Assembly: GCF_022539665.2 (NCBI RefSeq)
Contig: NC_081333.1
Coordinates: 3,968,001-4,032,000, forward strand
DNA length: 64,000 bases
From: Daphnia carinata
Lineage: Eukaryota
Direction of reading: 5' to 3'
Positions 1 through 14,259 of this stretch are shown one piece after another. The stretch's first letter is position 1. Every line of letters begins with the position of its first letter. Below the pieces are notes generated by a model that saw nothing but the letters and a program-made list of their open reading frames with translations, did not search any database and was not told the DNA's origin. The position numbers were made by a program, and so were the translations under genes.

Positions 1-783
1 AAGGGATTTTGGAATCTTGCTATGTAAACTTATTACATAGCACTTGGACAACTCATTCTTACTTTTAGGATTTTTTTTCGTGTCTTGCTTTGTCGGTCAT
101 CCTTCCCATCAACCATCTACTGTGTGACATCGCAATGTCGTTACCTCTAGATTTGTTTATCCATAGCGAAATATTGCGACATTGTTTTCTCATTCTGCAA
201 GGTTGATTTACAGCAATACACAATATGAAATCGAGGATAAATAAGGGAAGGGAAATATACATACTTGAGTAATTTACAAGGACACAAAAGATACACTACT
301 CCTAGGAATTGATCGAGAAACAAAGTAAATGCCTAGCAGACGAACCATTAACCAGCTCCAAGGCACTGGGAAAAACGTTATTATGCGTCAAAAACGAATC
401 GCTCGGCACTAGGCTCTACTGCACCCGGTAAAAATTATTCGTATCCGTTGCAACATCGACAACGTTAAACACCTGCAACATAACGCGTACCATACTAGAA
501 CATAAAGACTAGACTCACAAATTATACCAGCTCAGCTGGTTATGTGCTTCTGGCTTTCTGTTGCGTGTTGTCTGCTATTTCCAACTTCTGCGCGCTCTGT
601 CTCTTTATCATGGGGTAACATTGAAATTAGGCAACGCTGCAGATCCAGTTTGATTTGTCAGTTTCAAAATAAGTTTACCTGTCAAGTGTGAAACTCGATT
701 GGTCTCGTTTGTGATTAAAACACCGATTCCGACAAACCGAACCGATAAACCGCGTAAAGGAATTAATTTTCTTTATTCAGATT

Positions 784-3613
784 ATGGCTTCCAACATTTC
801 TGCAGCCAGCTGTGAAGCGAGTACACCTGTAGAAAATGAAGTTGCTATCGAGCTGGACTATTTCAATACGCTTTTCGTATATCTCAGACTCTTGAAGTTT
901 GACAACAAATCCATGTCGGAAAAACATAAAATAAAGTTTGATAAAGACCTTTTCAGAGTTCCCAATCAAAAGGCTTTCCAACTTGTTATACACTTCCTGT
1001 TCAATAAACTTGATGGGTCACGATCAAAGGAAGTTTTTCGTGATGTTTGGCCTATCACTGACAAAAAACAAGAGGCAGAGTTCCGAAAGCAAGTTAGGCT
1101 TTGGTTAGCTGAAGTGCAAGAGGTACCAGTCTCAATTGGTTTGATTTTTTTGTTTGAAAACTAATTGCAAACTGTTACAGAATAATAAAGAGGCTTTCCA
1201 ATTTGATGGCCGCCACATCAATCCCTCAATGTTTCTGTCCCCAGGAGGAGAAAAGTTTGCTCAGCTAATGTGTGCTTTGGCTTCACACATCCTTGACAAA
1301 ATACCAGTGCGAAACTCACCACTGGAACCACCACCTGTTTTCAATTCAAATCCGTTAATCACAAATCTAAAACTTTTAGTACTCAAGGGACATCTCCATT
1401 CTGAATTTGAAGCACATGTAAGGATAACAAATAATTTCCGAGAAGAATATCAACACTACAAACAGCTAGCAAGGTATTTTGCTTTTGTGCATGTATGTAT
1501 CAAAGCTATTTATGTTACCACTTTGTTGTTATAGAGAATTACAAGCAGAATACAGAGAATTGTGTGAAGAAGAAGTGAGAGCTAAGAAGGAGCTGTGTTT
1601 AATAGCTGAAAGCTCTGGTCTACCAGAACTCAAAAGAAAAGCTCTCATCGATCTTGATAATAACGAAATCTGCTTAGGTATCAGTTCATCCATGGCATTT
1701 TATGAGGAAAAGTAACAACTACAAAATGATTGCTATCGCAGAATTGGCCACCGAGATTGAAAAGGAAAACGAAAACCTAAACACGCTCATGAAAGGATTG
1801 TTAATTTACGAGGAATCCTTCAAGAAATCGTGGAACATTATCAAGGATGTTATTGAAATGACTAAAGGACGGCAAGCGAGTATAAATGGAAGAAAATTAA
1901 TCAGTTCCTTCCCTACCGATTTCATCGAACAATACCAAACTATACATAGCGTAATTCCTCCATTCCCTGATTTTAGTTTATATTATGTAACGTTATTATT
2001 TTATGGTTACCTTAGGGAAGTCGCTTAGAGCTTCAAAAGAAAGGCGGGTATTATGACTTGGTGCCGTTGCTGAACTTGGTTTTGTTTTCCGTTACAACAG
2101 CAAAGGAGATTACCGAAAAATTTAGCTTTCCATCGCTTGAAGGTGCCTTTTCTATTTCTGTGTTATTTTTTTTTTTAGATCGTACGTTGACACTTCTCTC
2201 GTTTAGACGAACTGATGAAACTGTCTCGTCTCCAATTGTCAGCTGAATCACGAACCGAAGTTGCTAGTCAGTTGCATGCACGTTGGAGTCAGATTGTAAG
2301 GCGATGTTCTTTCTACAGCCATCTCGCCTTACATTATAAACTTTTTTATTTTTGCTTTTGCTTAGTTTAACGAGCAGACGGAAGCGATCGACAAGATGCT
2401 AACGTCGAAATTTCAGGGCAACGTGCCCATGGCCCTTCAGTCTGTGACGCCCTTCCGAAGCGTACTCGTTCCCGATAAGAATAGCGCCGAGGCCACTACG
2501 CCGGCCGTTCTACGAGCAGCGTTAGGAATGACGCCTGTCGAAATGGGCGCCAAAGCGAAAATGCGACTCAATCAGCTGAATTCCGGCAGACCTAGTCTAG
2601 ATCTACTAAATCGACGTCCAGCCCGAGGTGACAAAGCCTATTTGGCAATCAACCTCATTATTCGTTTTCTTCTTAATGCTTATTAAAAAAAAATCGTTAG
2701 ATGGTAGAAGGCGACAAAGCGGCCAGAACAGCAATGGCTCTGTGGGTCGGCCAATTTTTGAAATGCCCGAATTACGAATGCTTGATAAGCGTCGCAGTCA
2801 AGAAGTTCGTATTCAGTTATAAGATGACCACCGGGTAGCCTTTTAACGCATCTCTGCTTTTCTTTCCTTTCAGATGAGCAGTTCTGGACTGGAGCTGTGT
2901 CGAAAACGATCACTGACGCCAGAGCCGAGCAGGAACTCTTCACTGAATAGGACACCAATAGGAAACTTTTTCTTGCCTGCGCACGCGAGAATGAACCGGC
3001 CTAGTAGCTTGGCTGCTAGCCCAGTCGTGGCACTTGTGGCTGGATCCCACTCGCAGAGGCAGCAAACAGAAAGACGTTCTTTGCCTCAGGTGGCTCAGCA
3101 GTTGGAAGCAGCTGCTTTATCGACACCTCAGACGACCCACGGAGGCAGTGTTTGGGACCAGGCCGCGGAAAACATCGTTTTTGATTTGGTTCGTTTTGAT
3201 AGCCCTGCCGCACCCGCACATGGCTTCATTGATCCCAACAGCTCTTTCGGTAAACTAGGCACTGAAATCATTATAATATATCTAAATATAATCAAGCTAA
3301 TAATTACAATTCTATATTTAAAAAAGAACGAAGTGCCTTTGTTAGCCGGAATTTGATTCAGCGCTCACCTGAACAAATGGATGGGGAAGGCAGAGTTGAC
3401 AGTAATCTGGATTTGTTGAAAGTGTTGGAAACCAAGTTCATATCGCCGCGTCGCAGTTCGTTGTTAAGCCGACCTGGGTCCCGCAACAGCTCGCCTCTTC
3501 CACAAGACTGGATGGATGCTGGTGGGTTGGTCTTGGACTACGAGAAGGGTTTGCTGGACGCCAGTAGTGCTTCTCTAATCGATGACCTCTTAGATTACTC
3601 CCAAGGTCTCTAG
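784..3613 (+). CDS. HAUS6: HAUS augmin-like complex subunit 6 (dgt6 ortholog); 10 coding exons: 784-1122, 1181-1473, 1535-1677, 1742-1950, 2016-2142, 2207-2295, 2366-2627, 2701-2804, 2874-3249, 3327-3613
   Basis: The N-terminal sequence 'DLFRVPNQKAFQLVIHFLF..FRDVWPITDKKQEAEFRK..PSMFLSPGGEKF' resembles the HAUS6 N-terminal domain. A coiled-coil-like middle and an S/P-rich C-terminus follow. All introns are GT-AG and the exon phases join into one ORF ending at TAG 3611-3613. Confidence 0.88.
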
Positions 3614-4511
3614 TGAACAAACTGCGAATTTGGGCTTGTGTATTGTTGTAATAGCTTCCCTTTTTCTCTTCTCGATCCATTGTTTCAGACTCGTTTGAGA
3701 GTCTAATAGATGGACACATATAATAATAAAAAATATGAACAATCGGCAACATTAAATCACGTACACGCACTCAATTTGTAACAACGACCAAAAGAAAGAG
3801 TGACTTGTATCAGCAAACAGAAGACGGATATTTGCTGGATGAAAGAAAAAGCGTTAAGGAGTACGGCACACATATGCTGTGTAGCCCACAGACATCAAGA
3901 CGATGTGCGTTTGAGGCAGCTCACATGAGTTTTGAGCAGATAAATATGCAAAGTTCGTTTGTTTGTTTGTTTGTTTTTTTTTTCAAAAATTATCAACCAG
4001 ATATCAAAAAACAACAAAACTAGCGAATGAGGTACAACAATTCAATGGTTGTTTTTCCCTTTTTTGTCGTTGTTTTCAGTAAACAATAAAAAACGATTGG
4101 AATCCTTTTTTTCTTCTTATCGTTTTTAAAGTCATAAAATATATGCACTGTATAAATATTTTTCACAAATTTGACACAGATATAAACGGAGCGTCGTTGA
4201 CCAGTCTGTTTTCGGCATTTGTGTTATTCACAAAGTTTTTCGGCAGTTGTAAAGTTCTTTTGTCACAGGTCATATATACATTAGCTAAACATTTTTTATA
4301 CATTGTTGATAAGTACAAACAGCACGCTAAAAAAATAAAACGTCAGATAACGAATGCAAGAGATATTAAAAGCGACTTGCCTTTTTTGTTGCAAATTCAC
4401 TGGTCTGTTTCTGTCGAGTATTTGCCCTTCTTGTGGACAATTCTCCGACAAAACACTGGTTTGCACGAGGTAGACTGCAAGACGGGAGCAGACGACAGCG
4501 GAGAAAGTTCG

Positions 4512-7500
4512 TCAACATTCTGTGTCAACGTTGTTATGACGACGTTGTTTTAAGATGCCCATGACGTATCCGTTGGAGGCACTACCGTTGCTCACGTAAC
4601 TTCCTTTGCTATCTTCACTTGCCACAGAAGTACTGCCTTGGGATTTCTCACTTTTGCTGCCATTGGCAGTCACAGGATTGTTCATCAAAACATACGCTTT
4701 CTTGTCTTTTGGAAACAGCACTGGAACGTTGTCTTCGTAGCTCACGTCATCGTCTCTCATGCTCTCATCAGCGTTGCCACTTCTAATTCCAAATCGCACG
4801 TTGGAAGCTTCCATTTTCTCACAGTCACTGCCTCTTTGCTGCACATCATCAATTTGCACAACCTGATCCCTACCGTATCGATGATTTCGCGATATCGATT
4901 TATTCACTAGAAAATCGCCACTGTCGTTTGCTGATTGATGTAGCGGCGTTGACGGGTCGTTGAGAAGCTGAGTTTCTTGCTCATAGTGAGCCTTTATGGC
5001 CGCCCGCGCCTTGATGCCAGCGTCTGAATGATAAAAGGAGACACTGGCAAACTGCGATGGCACCTGTTAAAACCAATCGATGAATAAGATTTTACAACTG
5101 TCCTATATTTACATCACGTTACTTCGGGCACGAAGTTTTCGATGAGTTCCATGAAAGTGGGTCGTTTTTTGGGTTGGAACTGCCAACAACTTTCCATAAG
5201 AATGTATAGCCTTTCTGGACAGCCTTCTGGTCGTTCCATAACACCACCTTCGACAACGTACTTGACCACCTGCTCGTTGGTCAAGCCCTGATAAGGCTGC
5301 GATGCAAGGGTAGCCATTTCCCACAAGACAACACCGTAACTCCAGACGTCACTTGATGAAGTGTAGACGCTATCACGTAGTGACTCGGGGGCCATCCATC
5401 GAACAGGTAACCAACCCTGTGCGTCTCCTCTCCGGTAATAATCTGTTTCGTACACGTCCCGTGTAAGTCCGAAGTCGCCAATCTTAACGGTCAAATCACC
5501 AGCCACCATGCAATTTCGGGCAGCTAGGTCACGGTGTACATATTTTTTCTCCGATAGATACATCATACCATCGGCTATTTCAGTGGCCATTTTCAATATA
5601 CACTAAATAAAGTGATAAGGTTTATAGTTTTTATAGCGAAAGCTAAAGAACCGCTTTTACGTTATACTTTGAGTGTAGGCGGTTGGCGGCCCTCAATGAC
5701 GTTTTCTTCCCAGTCGGGGCGGTGAGAGCGCAAATAAGATTTTAAATCTCCATTAGCCATTAATTCCATGATAACTAACGTCGGCTGAGCTTTCGAAACG
5801 ACTCCCAATAGTTTAAGTACGTGATTGGCATTGAATTCCCTACAAAACGAAGAAATTGATTCAATTATTCGAATTAGATGAATGTTTTTCTTACTTCATG
5901 ACAGATGCTTCATTGAGAAATTGTATTTTTTCCTTATGTGTGGCTTTCTCGTTAACTGTTTTGATAGCACACTTGATATCTGGTCCGTTGGGAATCGCAT
6001 TACGTAACAATCCTTCATAGACCATACCAAATGACCCACGACCGAGTGCACGAATGATGACAACATTTTCACGTTCAACTTCCCACTCGTCGGGAACATA
6101 TTCTGAAGGGATAAAATCAGTCAGTAACTAAAAATTGCAATAGAAAGAAGTTATCTTGAAATTACGGTGATAATCCGGATTGATAGATATAATGCCATGC
6201 TCATCCTTGTTCTTTTTGTTCTTCAAAAAGAAGTACGCAATACAAGCAACCAAAAACATGACGACAAACAGAACGAGCACAAATATAATGGTAATCGTGC
6301 TGGTATTCAGTCCGCTTAAGGGTTCCTAGGGAAAGGAAAAATTTTTTGCGCATAAGATTTTCCTTGAAAAAAATTTTAAAAAATGTTACCTCGACGAGAA
6401 AACAAACATCCTTTGTGGATGGGCCAGGTCCAGCTAAAGAAAAAGCACGGACTTGAACGCAGTAGTTTCCAGGTATTAGATCTCCCAACATCCGAGTTCT
6501 GTTGCTTTCTATAAAGTCCTTTCGACGAACGCATTCTTTAACGATTTTGCCCTGTAACAAATATTTGGGGCAACGTTATAACACTGGAAAAAATGAAAGG
6601 AAAACACAAGGCATAATCTTACGTTGTCTGATCGTCTGTACTCGAGTAGATATTTAGTTATCAGACCATTGGGATCTTCTGGTTCGTTCCAGCCAATTTT
6701 AATCGACTGAGAAGTGTCGTTCGAATCATATCTCACTATACCGCCAACGATATCATCGGCATAATCTGCAAACGACAAACCGATGAAAAAACCAAAATTT
6801 CCATTTTTCCAAATAAAAACAAATATACCACTCTGCTTGGTGCGCGCCGACGTCACAGCAGTCTTACTACAAAGAGAAATATTTCCGATGGGATCGTGAC
6901 AGGCCTCCACTTCAATGGTATACTCTGCATAATGACGTAACCCTACCACCGTATAGCTGGTTCCCGTGACTTCTTGATAAAAAGTGATTAACCGATTATT
7001 GTGGTAGGTGTTCGTGCGATTTTTGGCTGTCATAGTCGCTTGGTTGTGTGATGAATTAATCATTGGGTTTTCTTCCGGGAATTCTATGGCATCGTGATCG
7101 CTCAATTCCATTTGTCTTTTGTTCCTTCCGAAGATACTACGTACAAAAGCTAGTTACTTTCATGTAAATAAAAAGGCGTTAAAACGATAACTTACTGAGT
7201 GTTCTTTACATAAATCTTATCATGTAGAAAATTTTCAAATTCAATTTTAAATTGTTGTTCCTTTTCCTTCTTCTCCAGGGTAATTTTGTCATTCGACCCA
7301 GTACACTCGCAACACTTCCCTTGTTGAGCACTACCACCATTAATACCATCTGTTCCAGCGTTATTTCCGCTAGTAGCGATGCCAAGAAAACTGGGACTGG
7401 CGAAAATAGAAGTCCCTTTATCGGATGAATTGTCTTCAATGGTCTTTTTTGCCTCAGTCACCACCAACGAACTTACATCTAAAATAAGACAAGAATTACA

Positions 7501-10500
7501 CTACATCCTTCAATAAAAGATATGTACACCACATTTTGAGTAATGAATATTTAGTCAAAATTTTTATGTGTGAACAAATAATTTAGTAATTGGCAACATT
7601 AAAGTCTTACGTTCGGCGCAAGGATCGTGCTTGTCAACGTAATCTTGGTCGTCTTTTCGCCAACTCCCATAGATTGTATAGAATGACACTATTCCATTAG
7701 GATTAATGGGTGGTTTCCATTCGATGATAAGTTCGGAACTGGAATTAGCATAAGCCCTCAAATCTTCAGGCTGGTCTGGTTCTATTAATTAAACAAAAGA
7801 ATACAACAATGAAAAATGTAGAGAAATAATACTAATCCTTCAATCAGCCCATGTCTTACCATCTGGACTTGTTCTCTCATACAAAATGGGACTACGGGCG
7901 CCTATGCGTTGGCCCATCTGTTGCAGCGCTACTGTGTAGGTCTGGACGTATATCGCATACTGAGTGTACGGTCGAAGATTTGTCATAAGGTGAATTTGCT
8001 GTTCGTTTGAATCCCCATCAATGTTAGCGGCAACGTTGTTAACTCTCCACCTGAAAAGCACAGTTTGAATTGCCAATCTTAGATGAAAATAAGTCTTAAA
8101 AAATGTACCCATCACCACCACAAGCGTCGCGGCCATCATAGTAAGACAAGTTTGCATGCGGGGCCTCTATGTAGGAAACAATGTAGCCCAGCAGCTGGCG
8201 TTTGTCGTCCAACATCGCTCTAAAATTATCCCAGCTTAGCAGCATTGATACGGATGATTTGTTAAGGATGGTGACATTGAGAACTTGTTCGTTGCACGTC
8301 GCTTTATCGCCATTAGACCACGGTGAGATGTCCAACTCTGAATGCTTAAAGGTCTCAGCGCCTGGAGGACTACTTGAGTTGACGAGTTCCACGATTAAAT
8401 TCAGACACAGCTTGGGGTTAAAATGGAACAACATTTTCTTATAAATTGTCAAATTCTGTGTCTTCGGCCAAAGCTGTTGCAAATTTTGATTATCCTGGAC
8501 GGTCAATGCGTATCTGTGAGCGCAAAAAGGACATAACGATAACAAAAATAGCTCATGCATAGAGGAATGAACTAATATTACTCATCGTCAAAATTTTTAC
8601 TCCCACTGGAATGTATCGCATTCAGTTTCCCCGTAATGGTTTTCAAGCTCTTGAAAAAACTCAACGACAGGATGGGAAAGGAGCGCGTGATTTTGAGGAC
8701 ACCTCGGATTACTTCGATGCTGCCAAGACTCCTCTCCAGTTCCTGGATGATATTGTCACCACCTTTTATTTGCATTTCCAAATCGCCATCGATTGTTGTG
8801 CATCCGCGTAATCTTTGAACCGTTTCGATGTTACTCACAAATAACCCTTGGCAAATCTTAGGGCAAGGACCTAACAACACGGCACGAATTCACTTAAATG
8901 CATCTTTAAATTTTTAACAAACAAATGGCAGATACCTTGGCAAGGGACGCACGTAAAATACGACAGAGTTTTATTGAAGTCATTCTTCTCTTCCTGAAAA
9001 CCAGGAGGACATTCCTGCAACGAAAATTTCCATTGATGTTTAATTCATTCATTTAACCTAAAAAAATTGCTAAAGAAGAAAATCTTTGTTTCATACCAAA
9101 ATGCATTCTTCCGTTTTATTAAACACTTTCCATTTCCGTTTGACGTACGGATATTCTTGAACAGATTGACGAGGATGTAGCATTGTAATGCACTCAATGT
9201 CCGTGACGCAGCGTCGTTTCATAAACTACACAACGAAATAGAAAACAAACATTATAAAAAATAATAGAATTTTAATACGAGAAGGACGATCCAATTTCGA
9301 CCAAAGACTAGGCACTACGTACAGGAAAGAACAGCTCGTGTACATGATAGTTTCGATAGATGTAATTTAATAGGAACAGTAAGATATTGAGATAAGTAAG
9401 ATATGAAGAATAGTAGCCAATGAGCGCAGATCGATTAAGTGCACGTGTCCCGCATTTCAAACTTGAAAATGGTCATTGCACGAGCCCAAAAGGAAGTTTT
9501 CTTGGAAAGAGAAGAGTGCAGTCTTACCAGATAATGGCCCGGAGGACAAACAGATCGGCATTCGTCGTTGTGGATGACGTGTTTGCAAACATCGCAATGG
9601 TTGCTCTGGTTGCCACTGCATCCACCGGCGCACTCTTCGTGACAGCAACGTATTTCAGATGGACGCCCAAGTTCTTTCGGAATCATGCTGCATGCCCCAT
9701 TGCCGCCTTGACCACATTGGTCGCATACTGCAGACAAATCAATGGTGTTCAATAGATTTTTGTCTTTCGTTTAAAAGTCAAAACATTAAGGGGGGTGAGG
9801 GAAGCCATTGAAAACAAGATGTCGCCATATTCCGATAAAATGGAGTCATCTGATGCCAACTTGTTAGCCACCAACCATTTATGGGCACGACGGCGACCGA
9901 TCGAAGTGACTACGATTTATAGTTTTAAACTACTGAATATCTCGTCGTTTACACAACAAATCTAATTCTAAAGTTAAAAACAACAGATTATAATTTATAA
10001 GTTATTGCTATTCATTGGCGTTTTAATGATTCCCCCAGTTTAAAGGGCACGATTCCCCAGACAAGCAACGGCATTAGAAACATATATTTGGGTTACCAAC
10101 TTATCGATCGAAGTTGGTGTCTCCGAAAAATTGAGACCTTCGTCTCCGGATGTCGCCTCTGTCGCGCCCTTCTTTTTGTTGTTGTTTTCGTGTTATTGTT
10201 TTGACAATATATATGTACAGTATATATATACATATATATATATCCTTTTTCTTTATTTCTGTCAATTTTGTTTTGGAGGCATTCCAAAAAAAAAAAACGA
10301 TCGAAGAAGCAGAACAACAACAAGTAAACAACAAGAGGAAGAGGAAATCCAAGTCACGGCCGCTTGCAGTGCCAAGGTTTTTGCCACAACAACTCGATCT
10401 GACAATCTTCTCGACAGCTATTCGTGGCATTCGATTTTCCTACGGTTACCGAGGGGGGAAAAAAACAAGAAACGTTGAGTGCCGTCTGCCACTCTCCCCA

Positions 10501-12436
10501 TTATTTTTTCGTGTTTCTTTGCTTTGCCCTGACATTATGAACCTGTTCATTCCCATTTTTGGCGATGAGATTTACTTACTTATTTAGTTAATAGTTGAAC
10601 TGAGTCATCCATTCATTCAAATGAAAAATCCTTACCTTTTTGACAGTCGTCGTTGTTCCAGCAAAGTCTTCGTCCATCACCACCAGCTGGACAACGATCA
10701 GGGCATTTGGGACATTCACTGGCCTTTTTATTACCCTGAAAACAGAACGAAAACAAATGGGATGAAAAACGAGATGAGACGAATCAGGAACAAGATACAG
10801 TACGAGAACAAAATCTTAGCTAAAGTTTTCTGCCGGCAGGGTTCGATGCCGGCAGAAGTTACCAGAGACCGGAAGAGTCGGAGATATTCGACTTCCGTTC
10901 ACCCAACATCTCCATCTTCCAGTTTCAGTTCAACTATTTACGTTCGAAGATTTCGGATGAAATTGGCCATTAAAAGGGATTTCATTTATCTTAATCCAGT
11001 AGATGGCACTAGACATCCTTAATATCTCACTTACATAAATTCCAATTCAACTCTCGCCAACAAACAAACAAAAAAAAACCGGTTTTCCCAATACTGATGA
11101 CGACCCGAACAAACAAGTAATGTCTCGCATAAACACTTCCAGTTAAGATAAAATATGCAACATTTGCGATCCAAATAATAATAATAACCTGAATGAAATG
11201 ATTGAGGCGGCCAGAATGACCAATCCGGCCCCAGTCGATTGATTCCACGTAGCAAAGATTTGGATTTTTTTCAATCAAGACGGAACCGCGCTGCAATTCC
11301 GTCAACGACTTCAGTCCGATTTCCTGTTTAGTTCAGAATAAACAGCGATTAGAATTGTAACAGTTCATGAAACGTAACACTCAAGAGAAAAGATGAACAG
11401 GCTCACCTGTAATTGCACCAGTTCATATACGACAAAAGAGAAGTCAAAAAGAAGTTGCTGGCCGCGAATGACAGCCAAATTTGGGAAGAGCTGTCCGATA
11501 GAGCGTAGCCCGAAGACGCGATAAAACAGCAAATAGCCCGTGATTTCTCGAAGAGCCGGAAAACTACGATTATTCAAATCAGCGGCAAATTCCATATTCT
11601 CCATCAAAACAACATGAAGAAAGCCTTCCACAACGCGGCAGCCTTCCAATTCCGAAAACTGTTGGGGGCCATTTCGAACTTCTATACTGGGACAAACTGG
11701 AGCAAAACAAGAAAAAAATGGTCAACCAAACATTCTTTTCCGTTCCGTGGGCGTGGACCGCACGTGCTTTGCTTAAATGGCGCTTAGAAAGGACATCTCT
11801 AATCAAAGACATTAGGTTATCTCTCATTTTAGTAATGGCGCCAGTAAAGAACTTCTAAATACAAAAGCAGGTTTAAATTCCTAGACTGACCTAGTGGTCA
11901 AGGATTTTACGAAAATTATCATTCTTTCGACTTTTATAGTTCTTATCGAATTTGTTCTGAAACGGACATTCCTTCCCTAACTGCAAGAATTCAATTGCTC
12001 AAGTCAACACACCTCATTCACAACACCTGTCTTGTATGTGCGCATTTGTTTTTTTCAATTTCAAACTAATAATGAGAGCGGATATGACGATATTTGTTGA
12101 CTTCCTCGTTACAACGATCACGTAACATAATATCAAAGACTTACTCTCCTTCTCTCGTAGAGGCCGATAGACTTCGATGGAAGAGCTGGGAAGAACTCCT
12201 TGAAGCGGGAAGAGCAACGAGGCTTCGAGCCAATCCAAAGTGATCAAGAAAACGACGACAGTAACAAGGAAAGAGCATCCACGTCGTCCAATCCTTAATG
12301 TTGGACGTGTTTTGCGATCCGCTTGACCGAGCAGGCCGCCAATCAAATGATCCGCTTCGTGGGTTATCCCTTCTTCAACGATCATTTTGTCTGTCATTTT
12401 CACTTCTTTGCACTGGCACCTTTTTTCTCCTTTCAT
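4512..12436 (-). CDS. InR: Insulin-like peptide receptor, paralog A (~1582 aa); exons 12145-12436, 11407-11696, 11189-11323, 10636-10735, 9528-9727, 9097-9225, 8936-9014, 8582-8870, 8109-8513, 7860-8050, 7611-7781, 7196-7478, 6829-7136, 6623-6765, 6390-6551, 6166-6325, 5895-6102, 5668-5839, 5123-5602, 4512-5063
   Basis: Domains in order: L1 ([31 protein letters not shown]), Cys-rich, L2, three FnIII, alpha-CT ([11 protein letters not shown]), furin site RNKR, TM helix, NPDY, and kinase with [18 protein letters not shown] and [14 protein letters not shown]. The spliced length of 4749 nt is in frame. Confidence 0.95.
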
Positions 12437-13539
12437 TTATTTATTCTTAGTTTTTGCGTGCTTAAATTCAACCGGCATCCATCGTATCCACCGATATCCA
12501 TCGCACCCACCGTCTCCAACCCTAAGAAGTAAGAATAAAAATTTTAATAAATTGTCAACACGATGAAGTTACATTCCAATAATCACACAGATTTCAAACG
12601 AGTACAATGAGTCGTTGAACGCATTGTTTTTTACTCGTATTTGTACCAAAATGATCACGTTTAGACTAAACGAAATTTAAGGAACGCGGTGAGACGTGCT
12701 TTTTTCTCATAATGTCAGTTTAGTTTCACCTGCAATCGATCGAAATGGTTTTAGAGCTTTGATGGCATTATCGCATAAAAGCGGAAGAAAATGGCGACTT
12801 TATGTTTGCCATAAAAAAAAATTGGGGGTGGATCGATATCCTCCTATTTCTCCAAACATTTACGTATATCATTGAAAATCACACGACAGCTTAAACACCT
12901 CTAAACCGACTACATCACATAGGACAGTTAAGTATACATGTGACCTTTAATGAATTTACATATAGGGAACGCGTTTTTTAATAGTACAATTTTCATCTAC
13001 TGAGAGAGCGAATACGAAGGACAACATTTCAACGTTTTGAAATGCTCCGAAACAGAAAAACTTAAATAAAGAGAAATAGAAATTATTCAAGGATTCACGT
13101 CCATGACGGCGCTTGGTAAAGATTGTCAAAACCAATACCGTCTGCTGAAATCCTTGAATAAAATGTATATACCTTGGTAAAAAAAAAAAAAGGTGAAAGT
13201 AAATGGTAAAACTAGAAGTCGAAAATGGGTCAAATAAAACGAGTGATGGCAATCGTAAAAATCCAAAATGTGAACAAATAATGAAAAATATTTTCACTCG
13301 GTTTCCAAGATATCCTAATTTGGTAGATGGCGATTAATCGTCATGCTCTATGATGATTCACAGACAAATTATAACGCAGTTTTTACGGTTGTCGTCTTCA
13401 CGCATCTGCGCTAGCGGATGGACAATTAACGTCATCAGCAAAATAAATGTTTGTTTTCTATTTAACTTGAACAGTGCGCCGTCAACCTCATTCGCAATGT
13501 CTCACAACAGATCTGGTTTCGAAACAAGACTCGATCCTA

Positions 13540-14250
13540 TTTACCGGTTGCTTCGTATCAAAGATTCAAGTTTCACGCCAATTACGGTTGGATGCATGAC
13601 AGTCTAAATTTAGAGGGCGACGATGAAATGGCGCTCAACCAAGTCATCGTTTGGTTTTGCCTTTGAAATTCTTTCAGACACGCCTTCTTCGATCCCGATG
13701 GGGGCGTGATTTCGCTTGGCTAGGACGTCAGCTACTTTACACACCCCTTAAGGTTGCTTCCACATCGATCCTAAATCCCTTGAGCGAGTGAACTAGTGGT
13801 AGCTGTGACGTTATGACGTCAAAATAGGATGACTAATTTTCGAAAAGCCGCTAGATGTCACGATTAAACGCAAAGCACGTTTATCGGATGTGGTGCGTAA
13901 CTAAATAGGAGGAAAAACACGCATTTTTTATGGTTCATAGTCATACCTTTAGTGACAACTAGCGCCACCGCTACTGCCCCAGAAAATGGTCAATATCCAA
14001 TGCTAAAGGCGCCGTGTTGGTGTTGCTCCTCACGCCGCAACTGTCCCACTCCAACGTGCAATTCATCACAAAAATGAAGAACATGGGTTTGTAGCAGACA
14101 AAACTTGTTCTAGGAAATCAATAATCGAACAAACGTTCAGATAAAAATGTCACGAGGCAAAAGATGGCGGCCGTGCTGCAACGTGTGGATGTAAGAAGAC
14201 GTGGATTAATTCACGACCCTTTTCACGTTATCTGGGATCCATTGCAACTC
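13540..14250 (-). promoter_or_regulatory. Conserved upstream non-coding block of InR-A (putative promoter/enhancer) with a CRE palindrome TGACGTCA at 13814-13821
   Basis: Aligns by eye with 29880-30550 (upstream of B) and 18280-18720 (pseudogene), while the neighbouring upstream DNA aligns poorly. The function is inferred. Confidence 0.5.
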
Positions 14251-14259
14251 AAATGTTTT

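Noticed and set aside
10621..11022. Plus-strand ORF repeated at 26613-27090
   Set aside because: The repetition is explained by the near-identical InR exon 4/intron 3 tract, and the frame is broken in the second copy.
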